Shown here piece after piece: positions 9,896 to 64,000 of a stretch of DNA of 64,000 nucleotides. Source of the DNA: Schmidtea polychroa (lineage: Eukaryota); assembly GCA_044892525.1 (NCBI GenBank), contig CM097885.1:45014001-45078000 (forward strand), read 5' to 3'. The notes under the pieces were generated by a model. That model made no database searches. It had not been told where the DNA came from and saw only the letters and a program-made list of their open reading frames with translations. A program made the position numbers and the translations under genes. Each line of letters opens with the position of its first letter. Position 1 is the first letter of the stretch.

Positions 9896-10977
9896 TGTTG
9901 AGGTCTCGATATTCGGGAACACTCAACTTACTGGTTCTTATATATATAACAAAACAAATAAAGATGTATATAAAGGTTTATTGAAAGTAAAATTTACCAA
10001 ATATAATCCAATTACAATTCTGAACAATCGATACTCGTTTGTTAAATTCTCCAACTGAAATGCGTGCAAAAGAAAGTATGTTTATTGTTATTTGTTGTGT
10101 GTGCGTGTTGTGTCTTCGTAAGCTTTTACTATTTGTGAATCGTTTTGTGCTGATTCAAATGATTGAATTATCCTCAGGATTTACCTTCGAATATAAAATC
10201 TTTGCGCTATTTTTGGGCGACTAAAACTAATTTTTCGTCGCTATTTATATAAAATTTTAGGGCAGCTGTTATTTTATAAATTAATTATTATTATTTTTTA
10301 TAATTTAAATAATTAGTTTTCGTTTTATTTCAAGAGGCACTTATTAATTATTCAATTTTTTCCATACGACTATTTTCTTGTTTTGAAGAACACTTATTAT
10401 TTCTAGAATATTTTTTCAGCTGATTATGAATAAAATTTTTCAGCTGTTTAAAGAATTTATAAAATTTTTTGTTATATTGAATATCGAATTAAAATTAATT
10501 AAAATTTACTGTTATCAAATTAAAATTATTAAAATATTTTTCCCTTGTATATAATTAAGATGTTAACTAATAAAATCTATTAAATACATACACCCGATAA
10601 AATATTAACATTCTACATAAATATTCAAACGGAAAATAAGATAAAAATATTCAGACGGAAAATAAGATAAAATATACATATAAATAAGATAAAATATACA
10701 TGGATTGTCACAATTGTTAATAAGATAGAATAGTCAATTATATTTACACAATTGTTGATAAGATAGAATATGCATAGTTTGCTCGACGATTTAGTCAGTT
10801 TTCAGATTGCTGGGTTGTCTTTGGGTTGAATTGATTTGCTTAAAATTGGGTTGTTTGTTGGAATATTTATCTATCTGCGCTCTTCGGCGTACACATTTAC
10901 TCTATATTTTTTGGGCCCTGTCCTGTAGTATTTGTCTAGGGTAAATGTAGGGATGGGCCTACCCTCATCATCTAACA
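9896..10977 (-). mobile_element. 5' LTR (~1.08 kb) of the gag-bearing retrotransposon
   Basis: Begins TGTT at 9896 next to the PBS. Candidate far boundary ...TCTAACA at 10977 gives TGTT/AACA inverted ends. No second LTR to confirm this boundary. Confidence 0.55.
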
Positions 10978-10999
10978 CTTAATAGTTACAAAATCCTAT

Positions 11000-11830
11000 A
11001 ATATCATTGAGATAAACTAAAGTTTCTTTCAAATTTAGTGGTACTGACATTCCAATTGGCATCCAATTGTGGAAATATTGTTCATGTTTCTCAAATTATT
11101 TTTTTTGATTCGTCTGTTAACTGAACTTGATAGTATGCGCTACATATATTAAATGTTATTAAAACTTTTGATTTATTAGGTATTAGGAAAATAGGTCACC
11201 CTGTTACTAAATTTAATGCTTTAAAATTATCATCTTTTCCTTTATTAAATACATACCGATATTTTCTTCGTGAGACTCACATTTCTCTATGATTCCACTT
11301 TTTCCACATCTTCTGTACTTTCTTTAATCGTTGCTAATAAATATCAAGGATTAATAATTGGAAGTTTAGTTGTATTTATTTTGTGTTTTTCTACCGTAAT
11401 ATCTCATTGATATCTCATAAATATATTCTCGTATTTCTTAAGAAATTTTCCAATCTCTTTTTCTTCTATTTCTATATTTTTATAATCATTTTTCTTTTCT
11501 CCTAAATAACGCATTTCATATGTATCACTCACATTCATTTTAAATAATTATAAAATTCTATAAGAAAAAGTTTATACCTTAAATTACCTTTGGAATAACA
11601 TTTCTAGTAACATATAACTCCACAGTTTCTTTGGAAATATTACTTAAATTAACATTTATATTTCTCTTTCCATTACTGTTATTTCATTAACATTTGCACA
11701 TTTCACTTCAATATCAGATTTCCACATTATTAGGTTTTCTAATGTTTGAATAACTCGTATTCTAATACACTAATCTGCACTCCAGTATCAGGCATGCACA
11801 TTGTTTTCTTTTTATTTATAACATTTTGGC
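11000..11830 (-). pseudogene. Decayed LTR retrotransposon pol remnant (aspartic protease and start of RT)
   Basis: Minus-strand fragments MPDTGVQISVL (~11770-11797, DTG protease), ICSAYYQVQLTD (~11111-11146) and WMPIG (~11052-11066), broken by stops and frameshifts. Confidence 0.6.
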
Positions 11831-13765
11831 ACTTGATTTGGTTTGGGCCTCATGTAAAATTTCAATTTTGAATAAGTTTTCTGCACATGTAGCAGCAATA
11901 TTTTTCATTTTATTTTTTTATTTATTCAATTTCATCATTTCTTAGAATGTTTTCAGACCTTCTAATTTCAAATTTTTCATCGTTTCGAGAATTTCACTGG
12001 CATTTTGAATTAAACATATTTTCAGATCATCTGCCATATTTTGTGTTGAACTACATTTTTCGCTAACTTTTCTATTTTCTTTAAAAAGTCCTTAATCAAA
12101 TCATTTACTCTTTGATAAGGCAAAGCAGCATTTAGATCAAATTTGATGGTTTCATAAAAGCTTTTTGAATCCACTTTTTATAATGTATCTATTTAGTCAA
12201 ATTGTTGAGTTCCTTTCATTGGTAAATATTCTTCTGTACTCTTCTGATGCTTGAGTAATCTCAGAAACTTTCTTGAATTATTTTTTCCACATATTACCAA
12301 TTTCGAATTTCCAGTAATTAAATAAATTGCAACATGGCGTAATCACCATGCTATGAATATTTAATTCTAATCATAAGGCGTGCTAAAAATGTATTAATAA
12401 TACAATTTCCAAATAAATATATGTGGAGAATTTATTTAATATAAATAATATTCTGAGCAATGAATTATCATTCAATTTTAACATAGAACAAACATCCAAA
12501 TATCTAAATATTTATAAATACATTATACAATTATTATATAAATTTTGTTTTAATTTTTTTTTCAAATTCAATTTTGTATTTATAATAAAAATAAAATAAT
12601 CGTAGAAATTAAAGCAAATAAATTAAAAACAATTAAAGTGCAAGCAAAATTATGGTTATCTTTCAAATTATTAAAACACATTTCCAAAAACAAAAAATCA
12701 ATTTCTTTTTTGTTTTTCTTCAGTTATTTTTTGTTCAAATATTTTTCTGGATTTGTTTATCGTTTTCTGTGACATTGATCCAATCATTGAAAACATACAC
12801 TAAAATTTTTAAGAATATCAAATATTTGATTATAACTTCATTTTATTGTTTTAAAATAATATCGGTAAGTTGATACAAATTTTTTTATAATAATTATTGT
12901 ACAAAAATGTGCTAAGTTAAGGACTTCAACAGCACTAATGTAAAGGTATACTTTAGGGTTTATAGAATCTTTCAAATCTTAGATGCATTATATAAATGTA
13001 AATATACTCTTTGTCTAACTCTTAGATGCAATATTAGATTATAACAATGCTGAAAGTTTTCCAATTCGAAGTCACAATTCTGCTTCTTGCTTACATATTA
13101 AAAGTATTTATACACTTAATAAAAGTAGTACGACAATTGTGACATTTGATATGTCCTGGTAGCAAAGTGGTGAAATTTTGGGGCCTGATTGAAAAATAAT
13201 AGGATAAAGTTTCTGGTAGAATTGAATTTCTTGCATGGAACAAGTGAGAGTCAAATAAGTTAGAAATTAGTCTACCATTAGAAATCGCATCAAATATCAC
13301 ATGAAACTTTATTCTTATATTATTTTACTTATCAATATCATGTTATTCTCTTAAAAGAATTCAATTATAAAATTACAGTAGAATTTATGCCTGAACTTTA
13401 GCTGGTCGGTAGGAAAATATCTTAGGGATTCATTGATGAATTTCCAGTTTTGGAGTCTATTTAAAAAAAATATACTAAAAGCAAAAAAAAAATATTTGTA
13501 CGATAAAGTCTCAGAACTAAAGCAGGATAAAAATGTGATGCGCAAGAATTATATGTTACAGTTATCCTATAATGAATGTATCAAAATATTAGAGAAATCT
13601 TGATATTTATAAAAGGAATACCTCAATACTTAAGCACCACAGATTTATTCCGTTTTAAAGATGAGGATAAACAAAATATGAAATTTTCTTTATTTATTAG
13701 TACATTCTAATAAAAGTTTATTTTTAATCTTTCAAATTTATATACTACTGGAAAACCTAAATTAT

Positions 13766-56525
<42,760 letters not shown>

Positions 56526-59500
56526 TTTCTTTGAGTATATTTTAAAATATCTTATCAAATCATTTCAAATATCTAACCTTGGAATTCACGAGTTTAAACA
56601 AGATATATTTGAACTTTTTGAATATTATATTAATAAATTTTTTGAAGTTGTTTATTAAATATTCCATTCAAAATATTTAGTTTTAATTATAGAATATTGC
56701 TAGACTGTGTTCATTTTCTTTGAGTATATTGTATGTAGTATTCATTTTGTATGTAGTATTCATTTAGAAAAAATTAGTTTCGAATTACTTTATAAAAGTA
56801 AATTCATGCATTAGGGGAGACTTGGACTGATTGTCACAAAAATTTAGCTTTCTAAATATCAATAAATAAAGAACCCTCTTAATAAAAATTTTTACTTCAG
56901 TCGAAATCCTTGTATTTTATGTGTATCTTTAAACTTTGTAGATTGGCAATTTTTGTAAAAAAACTTAACTTTACTTTTTGCACTATTTAAGAAAATTGGA
57001 CAATGTTGGGTTAGTTGTTATATTGAATAGTTATAAAAATATTAATATATTTTAAGTATAGGGTTGCCAACTGTTGAATACAAAAAAAAAGAAAATTCTT
57101 TTCAATAAATTTGTTGAGGTTGTAATTTCAATTAATCATTGTGTCACGCTAATGGGCCCAAATCTTCTTTCTATTTACTTTTCTCTTTGTTTACCCAGCT
57201 CGGGTTTCCTTCATCTTTAGGGTTCTCCATTGGCTCGGGTTTCCCACTAGCTCGGGTTTTCTATTAGCCAATTAATTAATTAATTAACGTTTTCTGTTTT
57301 CATACATTTGAATGCTTTTCGACCCTTTCTAACCATTTTCTAACTAATCTATACCTGTCCAGTTTTCCCAATTCGAGTTCGGTGATTTTACAATTTATTG
57401 ACTTTTCTCGGATTTCCAGATTCTTGCCTTTCGCAATTGCTTTTGCCATTTCCTAATACTGCTTCCATCATACTTTCCTTTGCTATAAATTCTGTGCATG
57501 ATCACGCTTTTATTTGTCTTTTTTCTTCACTTACTTTTTTTTTAAATTTTCAACCTAAATTTCATTCAAATTTATTTTAATTTACAGACCTCAACATTAC
57601 CATATATCAAATAATATAAAGTATATCATCTAACATCTATTATCACATAATCAAACTAATGAAACGAAAGGAGAGGCAAGCCCCAAAATAATGAAGTTCG
57701 TTTTCATCATTACAACTTTTTCTTTTTTTTTTCTTTTTTCAACAACTCATATTTTAAAAAATTGAATTCTTAATTGTAATTTCACTTTTTTCCCAAAAAA
57801 TACAATTACAATTTTTTATTCCATGAACTATTTCTCGAAAGTTTACATGGATTTTTTACTATGTTGTTTTGTATCTTCAATTTATTTTTTCTACCACTTT
57901 TCATTTTCTATATAAAAGTTTTTATTCCATGTAACCTTAATGTTTTACGCACAGGTAAGTTTGTGTGTATTGATAATGTAACTTTCTTGATTTTTTTATA
58001 TTATAGACGTTAATATTCCATGCAAACTGTTATAAAATGATGTCGAAAACTCACCCTAACAATTTCATTTCCCCAGTCTTTGATAGTCAACTAATTTCAA
58101 TTGTGTAAATTTTGTCAAGGCTTATTAATATTATGAATACGTGTGTGAATATGAATACGGGGAAACTTTATTAAATATCACAAATATTTTCACCATGATA
58201 CAATTGACTCAATAAGCTAACTATTATACCGTGCTTATTACAACACTGGTGAGGAATAGCATACTCATATAACCTTGATTTGACAAATTTCTCACAACTG
58301 AGGAGTCTAATAATTGGTAATTTTAACTGGTTGTTTTCTGAATTTATTTGGATTTACTCGCCGAACTTTACTCTATTATCAATAAATAAACTCTTGCTGC
58401 TTCTCTTTTTTTTCTGGTTTCTCTTAAATTTCTCCGCTTCAATTTTATTCAACTTCTTCAAATAAATTATTATATTTCCAAATTATTCCCCAAATTTCCT
58501 CTAACTGGTCTTTCCCAAATAGTTTTATCGATTGTTCCTTCTAAGTTTTCTTCTTAATTGTTCTTTCTCTATCGTTTTCTGCTTGCTTCTGCTGTACTCT
58601 TTTTATACCTCGTCAATTTGTGGCACTTCCGTTTATCTTCAATTCCACCATTTTTTCTCCAACATGATTTCCCAGTTTTCCCTGCGACCGAGTTATCTTT
58701 GACAGCTGTCGCAATGTTTTCTAATTTTTCCTTTTGCGGCTGCGGCCTGTTTTTGTTTTGTTTCCTTTATCTCTGACAAGCTGTCGAGATAAGAATATTG
58801 TTGTCTTTCTATTTTCCCTATTTCGAAATTCCTTTTCCTTTTTGTATTAATTAATTAGTGCTGACCTTGGTTTTTATTTTCATCTTTGTTTTCTTTTGTT
58901 TCCTTCCTCTATCTCATTTTCTTTTGCTTCCGTTTACTTTACTGAGTTCCCATAGATCGTCCCGTTTGTCATGACGACCTTCTCCCAAGTAATTTTATTT
59001 ATAATTTGTCATTTAGGTATCCTCATATATATGTACGAAAACGATGTCATTGTTTCGTTTCACAATGTCCTAACTTGTCTCTTATGCTATGTATGAAGTG
59101 CAATAAGAGTGTTTGTGGAAACCATAGCAATGAAAAAAAGTAGGTTTATACTATATGTGCTTCGTGTTCATCGTTCCACACGTTACTATTACTTGTTTTG
59201 TAATACTGAGTATTATCTATAGCGTCAATATATGCTCGTTTTCTTTTATATACTCTCTCTGTTCTTCACTTTACATAAATCTTAATTAACTTGACCTTTG
59301 AATAAAACACACATTGTCTTAAACGCAGCCATATCTAATTAAATGAGATTGTGTCAAAACTGAAACATCCGTAGTTATAGGTACATTGCAATTTCAGTGC
59401 TTCTACTGTCAATTTAGCAATAATGTTATATATGCTAATAAAGAGTAGGAAATCCATCGATAGGAAACAATTATAATCATAACTTTCACATTTTAAATAG

Positions 59501-61134
59501 AATCGCTATGAACATTACCATCTTCTTTACTCATATTCAAAAAAATTAAATACTAAATATCTAGCATGTTAAAAAATGATTAATAACAAAAATTCTTTTT
59601 AAATTTATATTTTACGCAAAACACATACAAAAAAACGACTTAAACCAAGTTTTAAAATAAACTCTATATAAAGTTTGATTTATTTGTTTAAAAAAACAGC
59701 AACATTTAGTAAGACCACTACATTACCCCCCATTGTAAAAGGCGGAGATCGTGGGGATTACTGTATTATAGATAAAAAATATCCTGGCGCACCCATATAC
59801 ATATATGTTTAATTAAAATATAAATAAAATATATTAATGCAATAGCCTGATCTTGTTTACATCGTTTGGCAAATTGTTAGAATTTATAAAATAATTGAAA
59901 GCGAAAGTAAAAGATTCTGAGTCACAATGGGTAGAATCTAAAACAGACGGTCATTATTTGTTTTCATAATCATAAATTTTAAACTTTTAGAACATTACAC
60001 AAAAATTCCGTCTTAATTTCTATCATAATCATTTCAAAATTATTGAATAAATAAATAAGTTGATCTGGTTAATAAAGTATTACGTATCTTTTCCACTACG
60101 ATAGTACGATTGATTATTAAGATAGTAAACTAACACTGGAAATGTTAATCTTTCAACATTAATTTTTAATTATTTCGTCTATGTATGAAATGATATTATA
60201 TGCATAAATATAATTGAAGTTTAAATCACATAATTAATATAAATATTCAATTCATTATTTAGAAATATGACATCCATAATTTTTTAGATGGATATAAGAA
60301 AGTTCTTGAGAAACAAAAATTAATCGACAGTATATAGATTTCATCTGTAAAGACAGTAAAGGCCGGGCAACTCAATTATTCGATCGCTGATAATTGTACT
60401 GTGGTTGCAATAACGCAAGAATCAACACCATCTCTAAATTACATATACTGTTGAATTTGAACTTATTATGACAATTGTAAATATCCTCACATTTCACGAA
60501 CTTGACATTTGACGATGTGTCGGCCAGGCGAAAACTGTATTCACAGACTTGAAAAACAAATTTCTAATTGAGTGTTGGACCCCTAGTGAATTGCATATTC
60601 TCCTTGCCTAGTCTACTTAAAGATGCTAAAAAGCCTTCTTTGTCATCACTGCGTTCTTTTTCCCAAGTTGTTAAACGTGGAAAGCAAGGTGCATTTATTT
60701 TGTATCCAAGTAAAAAATACAATCAATCTATTTACGAAGTAGACAATTATGCAAGAAAAAAAATCCTCAAATTGCATATTTTTATAATTAAAAAATACGT
60801 ATTAAATGATTGTTGCTCACAATCTTTATCCATATGAGTGTATTTTTATTAATAGAGCTGTTCTGTGAATTCTGTGTGTTTGTATATAATTTTTTCATCA
60901 AAATTAGTTTCATGCTTTTCTATGGTAAAGGCCCTTAATTTATGGTTAAACGTACTGTAATTCACGCTCTTTGGTGTATTTACGAATTTGCTAATCGTTG
61001 CTTAGCTCAATATTTCAACCAGAGAAACATGTCCTTGAAAAATTCTTTACAAACGATAATTCTCAGAGTAGGCCAACTTATATGACAGGTATAGGCCAAC
61101 ATCAGATATTTCAGGCCTGAAATTTGAACTCGAC

Positions 61135-61137
<3 letters not shown>

Positions 61138-61188
<51 letters not shown>
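61138..61188. repeat. (AT)n microsatellite (another at ~45415-45481)
   Basis: Direct reading. Confidence 0.95.
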
Positions 61189-61191
<3 letters not shown>

Positions 61192-61755
61192 CCAAACAAA
61201 CTATACAGGATAAAATTTTATATAAATCCGACATACAATAGAGTATCAACTCAGATTACATTCATTATATAACACACACCGACATATTTAGGAATACAAC
61301 AATCACATTTTCTTCACTGTCTGATTAAGTTTTATTTTCATTGTAAATTTTTTCGAATTAAATATTTTTGTGTCATTTCAGTTATTTATATAAGAACCAG
61401 AAGTTGGTAAGAGCAAAATCCTACACTAGCTCTCTTGTCATTGATTTTCAGCCACATGATTGTTGCCATGACTACACATGAATTATAGCAAACTAATAGT
61501 CATGAAAGCGTTTAGGAAAGAGTTGATGACAAATCTAACGGAAACCATAGAACACTTAAACAACAAACACTCTAAACTCCACCATTTCAATCAATAATAA
61601 TTGAATAAGATGTTGATGCAACTATAGCAATCTCATATTTTATTCGCTATTATAAATAAAAAACTACTAAAATTTATTTGAAAATTGTTTACAATTCAAT
61701 AGAATGATTTAATCATTAATTAGTAAATAAATAAACACAAAATCAATAAAATGGA

Positions 61756-62282
61756 TTATTGTTCAATAACTTTAAAATATTCAAGATTATTCAAATTATT
61801 ACATAAAACACATTTTTTCGTATTTTCGAAGCAATCTTCACATTGCTGATGCCCACATTTCAATACTATATTCCAATTTCTTGATTTGCAAATAGTGCAC
61901 TCGAGACGCTGAATAGTCTTACGAATATAACGATACCAATCTGGCAGAGTTATGGGACATTCCTCATCTTTGACTGATTTTGATAATTCTTCCCAATCAT
62001 CATAAGTCACTAACTTATCTTTATCTATATCTGAATCAGCTAAATAAACAAAACACATTTTCACTACATACCGAAAACTTTCTCCTCAATATCTATGTTA
62101 CATTCAGAACACTTAGGAGGCATAAAGGAACAATATTCACAATGTATTTTGTGGTCACATGGTTTATAAATAACAGACGCGCCATTTATATAACAAAACT
62201 TGCAAACTTCAGTATCGTATTCATTTTTTAGATATCGATAGAATTGTTTGAAATATTTGTTTATGCTTAAATATGAAAGGTT
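61756..62282 (-). CDS. 3' exons of a tandem-RING protein (Mind-bomb-like C-terminal arrangement); 5' part not resolved
   Basis: Exon 62072-62282 ...CKFCYINGASVIYKPCDHKIHCEYCSFMPPKCSEC..., 32-nt GT-AG intron 62040-62071, exon 61756-62039 ...CTICKSRNWNIVLKCGHQQCEDCFENTKKCVLC. Confidence 0.7.
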
Positions 62283-62639
62283 CTGAAAAGATAGATTATA
62301 AATAAAAACTGTATGTGAATAACATTAAGAATAATACATAAAATCTTTCTATATTTTGTTCACCTATGATCTCTTCTCCACATAAAAAATAATAGTACTT
62401 TAACAATATTTTAGTTAGTTTTAATATTAACCTGGATAGCAGCGTTGGAGAGCACATTTTCAATTTATTTGCTAAATTATGCTATATTAAATCAAGTATC
62501 GAAATGTGATTAAATTAGAGATACTTGTTATAATCGTTAAAAATTAAGGTGTTAGTGAAGGTGCTAGTTATACCAATTCCCAACAAATGAACCATTATTT
62601 AATTAAGAAAATATATCCGATCAGTTCAAGAAAACCATT

Positions 62640-63130
62640 TCGCTTTGATTTCAGGAGAACAAATTGACGTGCTATGTTAGAAATTTCAACAACATTTACC
62701 ATATCGGGGTGAATACACATCATTACACAGCTATTTAAACTATTGGAAGTCATACTCGTACGAGGTATGATTTGAGGAGTCTCAAAGAGGATAACGTACG
62801 TTAATTGGTACTATCTACGATTGGATTAGCCAGTTCGAACATTGTGTTTAAATAAGTCCTCTTTTGGAAGTTGTTGGATTACTTATTCCCAATCGATACA
62901 GCACTTTCACACGCAATGAGAAAGACTCAAAAAGGAAAATAGTTGCAATGTGAATTGAAAGAAAAATAAATCGAAAATTGCTTCAATTGTCTTTCATTAT
63001 TTTCTCGGAATAAAAATTCGGTTTTGTATCGGATTCTAACTGGTGATGAAAGTGAATCAAATTCGATAATCCAAAATGCAAATAATCGCCAGTAGATACG
63101 AACAAACCTTTCGAGACGCCAAACAGATCC
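62640..63130 (+). pseudogene. Decayed mariner transposase remnant
   Basis: LYRILTGDE(frameshift)*IKFDNPK at ~63024-63075 matches the mariner RIVTGDEKW...DNPK motif. Boundaries approximate. Confidence 0.55.
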
Positions 63131-64000
63131 GGTTTAGAGAATTTTAATTAACTATCAACGTATAATTCAGAATTTTAAAATGTGTAAGTATGAACTCTAA
63201 TTTATAAATAAAATACCATTTTCCAGTAGACATTACGTACCTCAGCAATATTCAATAACGCACCTTTTGTCCTTCTCTTACACATTTTAGAGTACTGAGT
63301 GTAGAAGAGAGACAAAAAGCGTGTACCGTGATCGATCAATACATCGATTATTTTCCCTCACTCACAAAACTCAAACTAATACAACCGTAAAATAAATGCT
63401 ATTTTTAACAGACGCTTGTTTTTATTTACTACCCGTGTCAACCAAATCCTGCTAGCAAGGTTTTATTTAATAATATGTTGGTGAGTTTTGCTAATATTGG
63501 TTGGGACTAAAATTATAATGATTGTTGATTATTTTCTGAGAGGGTGTTCCGTTTTCACTTGCAAGAAATATAACAACCTTATGTAAAACATATTTACATT
63601 TTATTGCACTTGCAAATTTCAGCTGAGTGGTAATTAAAAACTATTATAAGCACGACTACAGTTATCCTCATATTTCAAAAGAATCATACAGGTTATATGG
63701 AACCTTAGCTAATACAGTAACTTTTGGATATGATAAAATAATTTTTGCCAGGAATTTTTTTATTATTACCAGATTTTATAACAGTCGTTTTCCTTAAAAT
63801 GGAATATACACTACTGGTTTTGCAATATTCGAATTTTTATAATATCCTACTTTACCATGTCCGAAACATACTATATTATATTGACAATCAATAGCTTTGT
63901 TGAATTGGTTTAATTGGTAAAATTGGTACGCGTACAAAGAATAGATAGTGTTTTGGTCCTCAGTACGTTTTATTTTTATTCATATGCTTATTCATAATTA

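Noticed and set aside
57587..57635. GACCTCAACA and TCATCTAACA matching the ends of the 9896-10977 LTR
   Set aside because: Only 10-12 bp matches with no extended similarity; not a partner LTR.

Overview
Very AT-rich eukaryotic (animal) genomic DNA with 32-51 nt spliceosomal mini-introns and many (AAT)n tracts. A flatworm such as a planarian is plausible but cannot be established from the sequence. Left to right: (1) 1-6.9 kb, the virion/integration module of a Polinton/Maverick (adintovirus-like) element: minor capsid, adenain protease, conserved unknown ORF, adenovirus pX-like core protein, packaging ATPase, a ZnF-PLA2-integrase fusion and the major capsid protein, followed by three tandem tRNA-like Pol III cassettes. 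(2) 7.7-11.9 kb, an LTR retrotransposon (LTR, PBS, gag with a possible ubiquitin-like tail) beside an older decayed protease-RT remnant. (3) An intact 8-exon host RabGAP gene (GRTP1/TBC1D6-like, minus strand, 13766-56525). Its 34.6-kb intron 6 holds the most striking structure: two nested, almost wholly palindromic ~14-kb elements with Polinton-type AGTAG termini and 6-bp target-site duplications. The outer one (18141-46196, TSD ATAATA) carries only a spliced RING-finger gene in each arm. The inner one (22516-36942, TSD GTCATG) carries only a protein-primed DNA polymerase B in each arm, with three 5' introns readable in the left copy. Neither encodes an integrase or capsid, and they share a 30-bp cis motif, suggesting helper-dependent satellites or segments of a split Polinton system. 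(4) Scattered hAT, Penelope (with a minimal hammerhead), pogo and mariner remnants, and the 3' exons of a tandem-RING gene near 62 kb. All family assignments come from motif recognition by eye; no searches were run.
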